From NCBI RefSeq assembly GCF_006345805.1, contig NC_043004.1, positions 74,896,001-74,960,000 on the forward strand: a stretch of 64,000 bases of DNA. The letters run 5' to 3'. The DNA comes from Octopus sinensis (taxonomy: Eukaryota). The notes beneath the pieces were generated by a model. It was given only the letters and a program-made list of their open reading frames with translations. It searched no databases and was not told the DNA's origin. Positions 38,455 through 52,619 of this stretch are shown here, piece after piece. Position numbers and translations under genes: made by a program. Every line of letters starts with the position of its first letter. Position 1 is the first letter of the stretch.

Positions 38455-41400
38455 CATATACATATATGTATATATATATATATATATATATACTAGCAGT
38501 ATCGCCCGGTGTTGCTTGGGTTTGTAAGGGAAATAACTATAAAAGCATTTTTAGAGAGTTACTTCCCTTGCATAAACCGAGCAAAAATCATTAAAAATGC
38601 GGAAAAATGATGGTAAATTTATTTAAAAATCGTAGACTCATCGTAGACATGCGCCAATACCCAGAAGGGCTCGATATGAATCCTGACTATAACATACCCG
38701 CTTTTTTTTAAACTGCACCGCAAAATGTGGGAGTAGTTAGGAATCTAAATCGAAGTAGACAGACACACACACAACTTTAGTTTTATATATAAAGATATAT
38801 ATATATATAACGGAAGGTTTACGAAAATAAACAAAAGATGAAGGCAGGTGGAGTACCAACAGATAATGTATTTGTATGGCGCTCAGAAATAGAAATAAAA
38901 CAAGTCTTTTACGTTTCGAGCCTATGCTCTTCAACAGAAAGATACACAGAAAAGAAACAAGGAGAGGGAAAAAAAATTGCGTATAGGGGCTAACGATCCA
39001 ACATAGCGTTATATATTGTTTTGTTCTTTTCGTTTATCATTTAACGTCCACTTTCCATGCTGGCATGGGTTTGACGATTTGACTGAGGACTGGTGAGCCA
39101 GATGGCTGCACTAGGCTCTAATCTGATCTGGCAGAGTTTCTACAGCTGGATGCCCTTCCTAACACCAACATATATATACACAAGAGATATTGGTATCTAG
39201 AAAACCCAAAGATTGTCGGGTAAACTTAAGTAAGCGCTATGGTCGGACCATAGTTAAACTCTTGGTTCGATAATGATACGAGTGAGGAGTCTAATGTGGG
39301 TCTTTTATTAGCATGCTTCTATATATTAGACAGAATGAGATAACAAAGCCTGGGCTGTATCATTCTCAGCTACTGAAATACCTCCAAGAAGCAATCAAAG
39401 AAAAAAAGGCCACGAATGCTCACTAGAGGAGTCCTTTTTCATCATGACAATCCTCCAGCCCACACCTCAGTGGTTGCCATGACAACAATTCATGATTGCG
39501 GTTACAAACTTGTTTCCCATCTGCCTTATTCACCAGACTTAGCCCCCCCCCCCCTCTGACTTTTATCTATTCCCCAAAATGAAAAAAGCCCTGGCTGGTT
39601 GCCATTTTGCCAGTGACAAAGACGCTGAAGGAAGTTTTCTGGAGTCTCAAACAAAAGAGTTCTTCTATGCTGGGATAACGGTGCTTCAGCACTGCTGGAG
39701 AAAGTGTTCATCCATCGAAAGGGACTATGTTGAAAAATAAATCATCAGAAGTCTTGTACCATGTTCTGTTTTTTTTTCTTTTGAGGCTCAAGACTTTTCA
39801 TACTCTCTTCGTGTGTGTATATATATATACCGGAGTAAGCACATAAATGTGAAACAAGGTGGAAAAAAGAGTACTCAAATACCAGAGGTATTTAAAAGCA
39901 GCAGGAATATAACATAAGGTGTTACACAGAGTTTCACCTTCCCGTTCGTCGGACAGTTTTGTTAACAAAACTGTCCGATGAACAGGAATGTGAAACTCTG
40001 AGTAACCTCTTTTGTTATATTTCTGCTGCTTTTAAATAAAGAATGTATATATATATATATATATATGAGACTTCACCATCAGTACCATGAATATCAATAA
40101 CAAAACCAAAAACAAGCACCACTACCAACCTACATACCCCCTAAATTATCAACAACAGCAGTAGCAATAATATGAACAAAATAAGCTTCTCAATCTATAA
40201 AATGGAAAAAAAAATCATACGAGAAAATGTATTGTATTTCCTTGTATGAAATATTTTTGATCTCATTGCAGATTGACTTGTGACTAAACTGCAATAACAA
40301 GAAAATTAACAAGAAAATTACGACTACTTCCACCACAAAGATTACTCTTACCATCACTAACATCAAACAAATAGAACCAACTCTATCCACTAATGAGAAA
40401 CGAATAGGCAACCACAATAATAGTACCAACATTATAACAATGTCTGTAGCTACATATGTTGCATGTCAGTATAATGGTGCCTGTATATGTAGAATGTGTG
40501 TGGAGTGTGTGTGTTTGTGGAGGGGAGTAGAGAATAGAGTATGGATTTCTTATGACACCAACAAAACCAACATATCGACGATGAGAGGTAAAATGGCAAT
40601 AATATTCAGATGACTTGGCTTTGGTGATTTGGCTGGTTGAAAATGAAAAAAAAAAGGAAATGTCTCACAGTGTTGTTACACTGGAATCTGTCAATTGGAC
40701 AGTATCTGTCGCCATATTTGGGTGTGCAGTTTCTTTCGTCTGAAGCATCTCTGCAATTTCTCCAACCATCACAAGTTAGATATTTTTTAATACAGTGACC
40801 TGTATCACACTTGAACTCATCTTCAGAACACTTCACAGAAGCTAGAAAAATAACAATAACACAAATAATAAATAAAAACATAATGAACAATAATAATGGT
40901 TTCAAATTTTGGCACAAGGCCAGCAATTTTGGGGGTAGGGGTAAGTCAATTACATCAATCCCAGTGCATGACTGGTACTTATTTTACTGACCCCAAAAGG
41001 ATGAAAGGTAAACTTATCCTTAGTGGAACAGGAACTCAGAGTGCATGGATGGACAAAAGGATGCTCAGCAGTTTGCCCCCAGCATGCTAACACCTCAACC
41101 AGCAACCAACAGTAATAATGATGTCTTGTAAATGTCGAGAAAGGTTAAATGTTTATTGGAATAAGCTGTACCATTTTACTAGCCTTGGAAGGCCTGACTC
41201 TCCATAGGTTATGATGACTAGCATTCAAGTTGATTTGATCAAGAGAATAGTCTGCTTGTGAAATTATCAGGCAAGTGGCTGAGTATTCCACAGAGACATA
41301 TGCCCTTCACATAGTTTTCAGGGAGATTCAGCATGATGCAATGTATGTGACAAGGCTGTCCCTTTTGAATTACAGGTAGAACTCATTTTTGCCAGCTGAG

Positions 41401-42364
41401 TGAACTGGAGCAGCAACTAGAAATAAAGGATTTTGCTCAAGGATGCAATGTGCTTCCAGGAATCGAACTCACATCCTTATGACTGTCAGCCATTAAGCCA
41501 GACACCTTCTCAAACATTTCCATAATATAAAGCAGTTCTTCCTAAATTAGGTTCCAAAAATGTCCCAGAGTTTCACGCAAAACTCTTGGCTTTCCATGAC
41601 CAAATTCTAAGCTGCCAGAAAATAAGGTTCTTCTTAATAAAATTTCATAAAAATTAAAAAAATTGTATTCATTATCTTCCAAACAATATTTTACTATTTG
41701 CTTTGTTTATCATGTGAATAAATACTTTCTCTAAAGCAACTTTTGTTTCATTAAATTTACTTACCACAGTTATTTTCATCAGATCCATCACCACAATCGT
41801 CGTACAAGTTACATCGCCACTTCTTTAGGACACATCTTTGGTTTTCACAGCGAAATTCAGATTCAGTACAGTCACGATATTTGTTTTCTAAAGTTTTGAT
41901 AAAAGAGAAAAAAAAAACGAGATAAAGAAAATAGAAAGAAGATAAAAATGAAGAATGAACCTTTATAATCTAAGGTAATCCAAAGCCTATTTTCTGTTTC
42001 TTAATTTGGATTGGATAGGATTGAACTGCCTACGTTCAGAGCACTGCAGGACAAAGGCCTCAGCATGTTCTCTCCACCATCCACAGTCTGACGTGGAGGC
42101 TGTGAAGCTGAGTCTGAGACGATATTAGTTAGATGAGCCTGCTTTGTCACATTGGCTTGATACGGCTTGGCAGAGGGATGCAGTTTTTATACTCTTACCC
42201 AATGATATTTAATTCAATTATAATGGCCCTCAATACTCAACAGGCATTTATTTTATTGACCCTGAAAGGATGAAAGGCAAAGTCAGCCTTGGTGGAATTT
42301 GAACTGACAACATAGGGACAGATAAAATACGACAAAGCATTTTGCCTGGTGTACTAATAACAAC

Positions 42365-42418
<54 letters not shown>

Positions 42419-45400
42419 CTAAAGTATACAAAGTAAAATTTCATACTACAAAAGCTGGTGTCTTCATCGGAACCATCTCGACAGTCAGTTTTAGAATCAC
42501 AAACCCAGGTTTTTGGAATGCAGACATTGTTTTTACATTTGAATTCCTTCGTTTCATTACATTTTTTGCAGTTGCTCAGTTTTTCATCAGAATTGTCACC
42601 ACAATTATCGTAACCATCGCAGACATATGTGGAAGGTATACATCGATAATTAGTTTCACATCGGAACGAAGTCGCGGGACATGTTTGATTAGCTGTAAAT
42701 TAAATGAAAAAAAAGGTTCATAACATTAAAAAGCATTAAATATACAAAAAAAAAAACCCATGCAAAATCCACTCTTCTTTCCACCAAGATCAGCATTGGT
42801 TTCCAATTTTGGCACAAGGCCAGAAATTTCAGGGGAGGCGGGGGACAAGTTAACCCAAGTAAGTAACGGGTATTTATTTCATCAACCCAGAAAGTCAGCC
42901 TCAGCATAATTTGAACTTAGAATGTAACAAGTTGGAAGGGATGTTGCTCATCATTTTGGCCAGGGGTGCTGAGGATTCTGTCAGTTTGCTGCCTTCACCA
43001 AGATCAATATTAGAATTAGTGATGCATATATCATCATTATCATCATTTAACGTCCACTATTCTACGCTTGCATTGATCGGATGGAATTTTGTTGAGGCAG
43101 ATTTTTTACAGCAGGGTGCTCTTCCTGTCAACAACTCTCACCTGTTTCCAAGTAAGGTAAATGTTTTTCCCCAAACCAGACATGGTTTACGTGGAAGACA
43201 AGACATAAATAATAATCCCACTTGTATGATGGGGATGTTTGTTTACAACATCACATGATGTCAAGGCAAGGGTATACATGCATGCATGCAAACTTGCATG
43301 CACACATATACACACACACATGCATGCATGAATGAATGCATGCACACATAAATACATGCATGAATGCATGCACACACACACACACAAATATACGACTGGC
43401 TTCTTTCAATTTCCGCCTACCAAATCCATTTACAAGGCTTATGTAAGCCTGCAGCTACAACAGAAGACACTTGCCCAAGGTACCATGCAGTGGGACTGAA
43501 CCCAGGACCAAATGGTTGGGAAGCAAGCTTCTAACCATGCAGCCATGGTATTTGGCTATAAAGATTTTTACTTATTTTTATAACTGCTGATGACCAGATT
43601 TTCAACAATCTAAATGTGCTAATTACCGTAAAAACCCATGTAATTTGCACACCTGTATAATTTATGCAGGTGATTTTCAGGAAAAAAATTGTTAAGAAAT
43701 GCTTCTACTTGTGTAAAATTCACACCCAAAAGTTTTCAGAATTGCCAATATGACCAAGGAAAAAATATTTTCAGTTTAGTTGTATTTAGCATAATTTCAC
43801 TGACATATGTTTGGATTTTATTAAATTTTCAGGAAATAAAAATAATTCCTGTTTAACAGGTATCACATTGAAAGCTATTAAATTACAAAGTGTTTTTGTT
43901 GTTTATGATAAACTCTATTTTACATTTCTTTCCCACAAGAGATTATGTCCGATCTTTAGCATACTTTTGTATGTTTTCTAAAATCATAATCACAGGAAAA
44001 TTTGCTGATTATTCTTATCAACAAAAACAAAGCTGATAAATACACACCAGTGTTGCAAAATAAGTTTAATTACCAATAAACATCAGCTTGGATGACACTT
44101 TACTCAACCGATAGAAGAGGTGACCGATCAAACTGATTATGTAAACAGAATCCTGATTGGTCAAAAGCGTCTTCCTGTCTCAAGCTCTGATTTTCCGCTT
44201 ATTCTTGTTGGAACCTTTGATACATAGTATCAAAATTTTAGTCCCTTTCACACTTATAAAATGTCAAGCAAACTTAAAAATTTGTCATTACCATTTTAGC
44301 CAGGAGACCAAACTGATAGTTAGGTAACCCACTAAAATAAACATTAAAAATCAAAAGGAGAAAATAAACAGCTTTGCAAGTTTAACTCAGAGTTTATTGA
44401 ACAAGAGAGATGTTAAATTTAAGAAGCGACTTGTGAGGAGACATAAACAAGAATAGAAGATATCTACCATATTGAAAGAACTGGTAATACATACATTACA
44501 AGTGTTCTATGAATAATTCAATAGGAATGTGAAACGACATTAAACATTGTATAAAGTAAGTGAAGGTTTCTGTATGAATTCTAAGTTATATTCAGTTAGA
44601 GAGTTTACAAGCGCAAGAATGAATTATGATGTTTTGGCATTAGATGCAGTAAATATGGTCCAGAGCGTGATTACTTGCATGAACGTCAAACTTCAAAAAG
44701 TAGTTAACCATTTAATGGTTTTAGTAAATTTATACAGAAGAAGTAAGCATTATACCATCCAGCATTAATAAAAATCAACTTTGTTATATATTTTCTGTAA
44801 AAACCTATTCTGACATTAAATAAGTCAACTTCCAGTAAGTGTTTACATTTGTGCATCGTTTTTTAGCAAAGACAATTTCTAAAAAAATTCTGGAAACGAT
44901 CGACTCACGTAATTTACATACCCACTAAAATTTACTTTTGTTTTTGCAAAAAAAGTGCATAAATTACATGGGTTTTTACAGTAATTGCATCTCATCTAAT
45001 CAATTACAACTCATCAGGCAAACAGTTAAAAAAGAAAAAGGAGAATTGCTAAAAAATAAATTGCCCTGTTTAGGTTTCGTCTACTTACCACAGTTCAGTT
45101 CAAGACTCTCATCAGAACCATCGAAACAGTCGTTCTCGTAATCACATTTGTCATGCTCAGGTATACAATATCCATTATCACAGGTAAATTCATGTACTCC
45201 ACAGGATCTATCAACTGGATTCAGGGAAATCAGAAAGTTTCCATTTTCAGTAATATTATAGAAAATGTAGGAAATATTATTGTTGTAACTTCTATAGCGA
45301 CAAATACGGGATCAGCATTGCAGAGTTCCCTTGCACATATTAACCGTTTTGTATTCAAACTGGCCATATCTGACCAAAATATTCTACCTCTTTTAGATCC

Positions 45401-46141
45401 AAACTGTCCAGATTGGGCTTCTTACACTCACCCTACAAAGTAAATGGCACTCTGTCAGTTACAATGACAAGGGTTCCAGTTGACCCCTGATCAACAGAAC
45501 AGCCTGCTCGTGAAATTAACGTACATGTGGCTGAGCACTCCACAGACACTGTGTACCCTTTGTGTAGTTCTCAGGGAGATTCATCATGACAGTCTGTGAT
45601 AAGGCTGGCCTTTTGAAAAACAGATACAACTATTTTTGCCAGTTGAGTGGATTGGAGCAATGCGAAATAAAGTGTCACTGAGAATTGAACTCATGATTTT
45701 ACAATCGTAAGCCGAATACTCCTAACCACGAAGCCACATGACTTCAATGTAAATTTAAAACAAACAGTCAATCACCAAGGTATCGAAGCCACAAGATAAT
45801 GCAGGATTAGTTGAAAACAATATGAGTAAATAAGCATTAAATATAATAGAGAGGTGTGAATGCTAAAGGATGAAAGACAGAGCCATTGCAGCAGCTCTCA
45901 TGAAACAGCCAGGTCCACGTGTTGAAGAGCTGTTTGCTGGAGTTCTTTTACTCATTTACTTATTTCAGTCATTAGAATGTGGCCATGCTGGGGCACCGCC
46001 TTGAAGAATTTTAGTCATATGGATTGACTCCCATTACTTCTTTTTAAGCCTAGTACTTCTGTCAGTCTCTTTTACCAAAGTGCCAAGTTATGGGAACATA
46101 AACACACCGACACTGGTTGTCAAGCAGACACACACACATAG

Positions 46142-46183
<42 letters not shown>

Positions 46184-47482
46184 GCCATGGGCTTCTTTCA
46201 GTTTCTGTCTACTAAATCCACTGATAAAGCTTTGGTTGGCCCAAGGATATAATAGAAGACACTTGCCCAAATGTTATACAGTGGGACTGAACTTGGAACT
46301 ATGTGGCTGGGAAACAGCAAAGATTTATTCATCCCCAGGGTTGAAACCATGCCAGGACAGGCAATGGGACGAGGTGTGGCCCTTGGCCTTACCAGGTGTG
46401 GTTAAACCATCCAACCCATGCCAGCATGGAAAATGGACGTTAAATGATGACGGTGATAATGATGATGATGAGGGTACAGACCCTTACACTCTAATGCTGC
46501 TCCCTGGGGACAATAGAATGCATGCTACTATTTCCTTTCTGGCCCCTGTTGATTCCACTCATCAGCCTTTCTCTGGTAGCAGCTTTTGCATCTCATTCAC
46601 ACTTCAAAACTCCCATGAAACACTTCTCCCAACACCATTTCCAGTGATGGTGTAATGGTTGAGTGGTTTGGATATTCAGCTCATGACTGTGAGTTCGATC
46701 TCCAATGGTACAGTGTGTCCTTGAGCAAGACACTTTATTACATGTCGCTCCAGTCCACTCAGTTGGCAAAAATTCAAAGGGCCAGCCTTGTCATATTCTG
46801 TGTCATGTTGGAACTCCCTGAAAACTGCGTTAAGGGTATGCATGTCTGTAGAGTACTCAGCCACTTGCATGTTTCATGAGCAGACTGTTCCATTGATTGA
46901 ATCAACTGGAACTATTACCATTGTAATTCAGGAATGAATTAAGTTTGGAAACTGAAATTTCATTCTATACTCCTAATAATATTGGTCTGTGGAGCAAAAA
47001 CTGAATCAAGTGCAGAATGTAAACATGAAAATGATGAACTAATTATTGTAATGTGATTATGTGAAGCTGATGGATTAAGCACCAACACCTTGTCTGGTTT
47101 AGTTAATTTGTTTGACTAATCCATGCAAGGCAGAGCCACAGCCTGGCTGCAATCCAATGGCTTTGTGATGCCAAATTAAGGAATTGAGAAAAAAAAAAAA
47201 GACCATTTAACCCTTTAGTATTTCAACTGAGCATTTGTGGCCTTAATAAGCAACCAGCTTTATGTTGAAACTGAACTGATCTGGCCTCTCACACTTACCC
47301 TACAATATAATTTTAAAAGTGTGGCTGTGTGGTAAGTAGCTTGCTTGCCAACCACATGGTTCCGGGTTCAGTCCCACTGCGTGGCACCTTGGGCAAGTGT
47401 CTTCTGCTATAGCCTCAGGCTGACCAAAGCCTTGTGAGTGGATTTGGTAGACGGAAACTGAAAGAAGCCCATCGTATATATC

Positions 47483-47519
<37 letters not shown>

Positions 47520-48225
47520 GTGTGTATATGTTTGTCCCCCCAAGATCGCTTGACAACCGATGCTGGTGTGTTTACGTCCCTGTGTGTTTTGCAGTTCAGC
47601 AAAAGAGACCAATAGGTTAAGTACTAGGCTTACAAAGAATAAGTCCTGGAGTCGATTTGCTCGACTAAAAGCGGTGCTTGAGCATGGCCGCAGTCAAATG
47701 ACTGAAACAAGTAAAAGAGTAAAATAGTAATCACATCATTAAAATGTTAAAGCTTAGAGATTGTCTATGATTCAAAGAAAATTCTTTCAATAAATAAGCA
47801 TTACATTTGACCGAGTTCTCTGAATACGAAACAGTTTAAATGAAACAGAAATCTAGCAAGATAAAATGGCAACTAATTTGAAGGAACAAAGAAAATATTC
47901 TCACTACAAAGAGACTGGTCTTCATCTGAATTATCCAAGCAGTCATTGTAACCATCACACTGCCAGGAACGGTACACACAGCGGTTGTTGTTGCACCGAA
48001 ATAACCAGGGGGCGCAGTAATTTGCGTCACACTTATCTTCATCAGATCCATCACCACAATCATCTTTTGAATCGCATATCTCGTAGAACCTCGTGCAGTT
48101 TCCATTGTTGCAGGTAAAAGTGTGTGGCCGACATTTGGATTCCGCTAAAATAAAAGCCATATATATATAAAAATACTACAAATAAACATACCTAAGTGTG
48201 TGCGTGTGCATTTATCTTCCCCCCA

Positions 48226-48259
<34 letters not shown>

Positions 48260-49305
48260 AAATATAAATTAGAGATAAAACCACTATTATGCAACGCAAA
48301 CAGTGATAGACATAAACCAATACATAAATAACCAATATATATAAATAAATTTTTAAAAATATATAACTTATAATTAGATCTCAAAAAGTATAAAATGAAT
48401 GATAAATATATAATATAATATGTAAAAACACTACGTATGTTTCATGGCTACAATTAAATTCGAATTACAATTAAGTTTAAATTCAATTGAAATAAATTCG
48501 ATTTAAAATTATGGTCAATCTTCAGGTCAATGATAATAGTTAAATAAATAAGCAAATAGAGTTAAACAATATTTATTTAAGAAATAAATAAATAATTTTT
48601 CTTATAGAAATAACTCCATTAACTAAATTATAAACTTAAAACATTAGGATTATTTCCTACAACACATTTATTATGTTAAATATTTAATTTTTAAAGTAAA
48701 AAAAATAGATAGAAATATGTATTTATATATCATCAAATCAAGGATATAAATCTTCTTAAAGGGATGTCAGCATCCAAGTTCCCTGGTTTTATCCAGTGTA
48801 TCAGTGAAGAACAAAAGATGCTAGCTTCACATTGATGGATATGGGTAGACTATTTTTTATGTATGAGAAAAAGAAAACAGAGAAACTGATATATGATTTA
48901 ATTTAATTTAGTTTAATTTCTTAAATTAATTGGGCATGGAAACAATTGTTGGTGAAATTGACTTTGATATTGTTTAGAATTGGATTATGTTCTAACGAAT
49001 TGATGCCTATATGCCAGTGTCTCTGTTTCCTTTTTCTCATACACTATATATATATATATATATATATATATTGAAACACTCCTGTCACAACCCGGGACCT
49101 TGAAGACTGCTTTAATGCAAGAAAATATACTAGTCCCCTAATATTTGATATTCAATATTTCATCTATTCAATAAGATAATCAATACTTCATTTTATTTTA
49201 CTATATATATTATTTATGCTATATATTCTATATTCTACATTAATATTGAATATAATAAAGAATATAAATAAAACATAAAAATCAGACAGAGTTGGAATTC
49301 CTCTG

Positions 49306-49355
<50 letters not shown>

Positions 49356-49363
49356 TATATATA

Positions 49364-49438
<75 letters not shown>

Positions 49439-50469
49439 CAGTGTACAGAGACTGTGAAGGAATCCATTGTTTCCAAGTGTTAAAAGCTAAAGAAAGATGT
49501 AAAATTTGAATACGATGGTGTATTTAATGAAACATGCATAAAAAACATCCAAAACCCATTCACGCACACGCACACACATGCACACACACACACACACACA
49601 CACACATGCACACACACACACACACATGCACATATATATAATCACTGTTAGCTAAAATGAATGTGAAGCTTTATGATTATCATTTTATTAAGTTTTATGC
49701 TTATTATAATTAATTGGATGATGGAATAACGAGAGAACAACTGCCATGACACGTTTGCTGGCAAATGCTCATTACAACCATTTTTTTTTCAGATGCCAAA
49801 AGCTGCAGTTCCCCCTCTCCACGTTACCCCCTGCCTGCCTTTACATTCACTCAGCCTCAACACGGTCAATGTCGACACATTGAAAGCTAAGTCTGGCGAG
49901 ATTATTGAGATGCTTGAAAGGAGACACGTTGATGCGTGCTGTAGCCAAGAAGTCCAGTGGAGGGTCACTTCAGCCAGCTTCTTCACATGCAAAAAGCATA
50001 GGTATAAACTCTTCTGGGAGGGCAACTGTAACGGGGTAGGAGGGTTGGCACACTTCTAGCAGAGAAATGGGTAAATAAGGTGATTGAGGTAGTCAGGGTA
50101 TGTGATAGGGTACTTTAGGTCAGACTAGTTTTGCAGAATAGCACAGTAACAACCACCTCTGCCTATGACCCACAACTGGGCCTGCCAAATGAATAAAAGA
50201 ACTGCTTTTATGACACTCTTTTGCAAGTTACATCAAAGACAAGTGACATGGTGGCTAGTGATTTCAATGGGCAAATTAGACAACACTCAGGTGTCTTCCA
50301 GGGTGGCCATGGAATTGGCTCCCGAAATGAAGAGGGAACAAGCCATGTACAGGGATGCTGTCAGTAAGGTGAAGGTTTGCAATGAGCAAAGTAATGAATT
50401 CAGGGTGCAATAGGGGTTCACCAAGGATCAGTCCCCAGCCTCATCTTGTTCATCATGGTCCTTCTTCTC

Positions 50470-50551
<82 letters not shown>

Positions 50552-50791
50552 CATACATACATATATACATATATATATATATAGGAAAATGTGTTGCTGA
50601 AAATGCACTTAAATTTCAAAAACTCGTGAATGTTTAAAATACATTTATTTACATATGTACCAAACTAGTTTCAACATATGTAAATAAATGTATTTTAAAC
50701 ATTCACGAGTTTTTGAAATTTAAGTGCATTTTCAACAACACATTTTCCTATATATTTTTTCCTGCGTGGAAACACCATTCCCTCTTTCACT

Positions 50792-50839
<48 letters not shown>

Positions 50840-52587
50840 CAGTACAAGAGAAGAAATTTCAGGTGTGGAAGCAAGATCTAGAATCGAAGGACCTTACAGT
50901 TAATCTAGCAAAAACCAAAGTCTTAGTAAGTAGGAAAGCAGACAAATCACTGATCTCTTCAGGTAGATGGCTCTGCTCAATCTGTAGGAAAGGCATAGAT
51001 AGAAATTCCGTAAGATGTACCTGGTGTAAGTTATGGACACATTAGAGGTACAGCAATATCAGAGAAAGGTTAATTGGCAAAAATAGCTTTTGGTTGTGGA
51101 AGGGGCACAGGTACAATAAGCACTAAAAATGTACAGAAAATGCACTCCAACAAATGCCAGGTGGGTAAGCTAGAAGTAGTTGATAGCTTCCGTTACCTAG
51201 GTGACCAAGTCAGTAGTGGGGATGGATGCTCTGAGAGTGTAGCTGCAAGAACAAGAATAGGCTGGGCAAAGTTCAGAGACCTCCTACTTCTGTTTGCAAC
51301 AAAGGGCCTCTCTCTCAGAGTGAGAAGCAAACTGTATGATGCCTGTGTGTGAACGGCTATGCTACATAGCAGTGAAACATGGATTGTGAGTGCTGAGGAC
51401 ATGTGTAGGCAGGAAAGAAATTAAGCTAGCAGCACACTTTTTTGGATGCCAGTGTGCATGTACGACAGGGTATAAGAATCTTGAGAGAAAAGTTGGGCAG
51501 AAGAGGCATCAGATGTGATGTGCAAGAGAGACAACTGCGCTGGTATGGTCATGTGATATGTATGAGGACAGATGCGTAAAGAAGTGCTGATCTCTAACTG
51601 TGGAGAGAACCTGTGAAAGAGATAGAACCAGGAAGACACTGCAAGATGGGGTGAAGCATGATCTTCAAACATTGGGCCTCACGGAGGCAATGACTGGTGA
51701 CCAAGATCTTTGGTGATATGTCATGCAGGAGAAGACATGTCAAGCTGAGTGGAATCATGGTCATGGCTGATTCTGGTGTCCTGTAACTGGCACCCGTGCC
51801 AGTGACACATAAGAAGCACCTTTTGTGCATTGGGCCTTATGGAGGTAATGTGGCTGATACCAGTGGCACGTAAAAATCACCTTTCAAGTGTTGATCCTCA
51901 CAGGGACAATGACAAATGAGAGAAACCCCTGGCAATACGCTGCTCTTGAGCAGAAGACCCATCAAGCCAAGCGAAATCGTAGCTGTGGCAGATATTGGTG
52001 TCACACAACTGGCACCCATGCTGGTGGCACAAAAAGGCACCTATTACGCTCTCAGAGTCGTTTGCATTAGTAAGGGCATCCAGCCATAGAAACCACGCCA
52101 AATCAGACTGGAGTCTGGTGTGGTCCCTCAGCTTACCAGTCCTGGTCAAACCATCCAACCCATGGACAATGGATGTTAAATGATGACGATGAGGATGATG
52201 ATGATGATATTGATGATGGTGATGTTGAGGATGATGATGATTAATAGTATTAATATTGTTTATGATTATTATTTTAATATTCTTACGACAGTTTAATTCA
52301 TCGGAGCCATCATGGCAATCGACATCTTTGTCACATCTATAAAAGAATGGAATACATCGATCATCGCCCTTTCCACAACGGAACTGAGAAGTGCTGCAAT
52401 TGGCAACGCATGTCTTGTTATCTGCATCCAAGAGAAAATGGTCTGGACACGCACAGACATAGTCATCTGGTGGTGAATGGAGGCAAAGGTGGCTGCATCC
52501 ACCATTATTGGATCCGCAAGGATTTTTATCTGTAATAAACAAATAAGAAATATAAAGATAAGACACAAAACAATAAATTTGAATTGT

Positions 52588-52619
<32 letters not shown>

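Noticed and set aside
40305-40480. Thr/Asn-rich plus-strand frame resembling the mucin stalk exons
   Set aside because: The nearest AG (40270-40271) leads to stops in all frames and there is no clear donor; it reads as a decayed (ACA/ACC)n tract.
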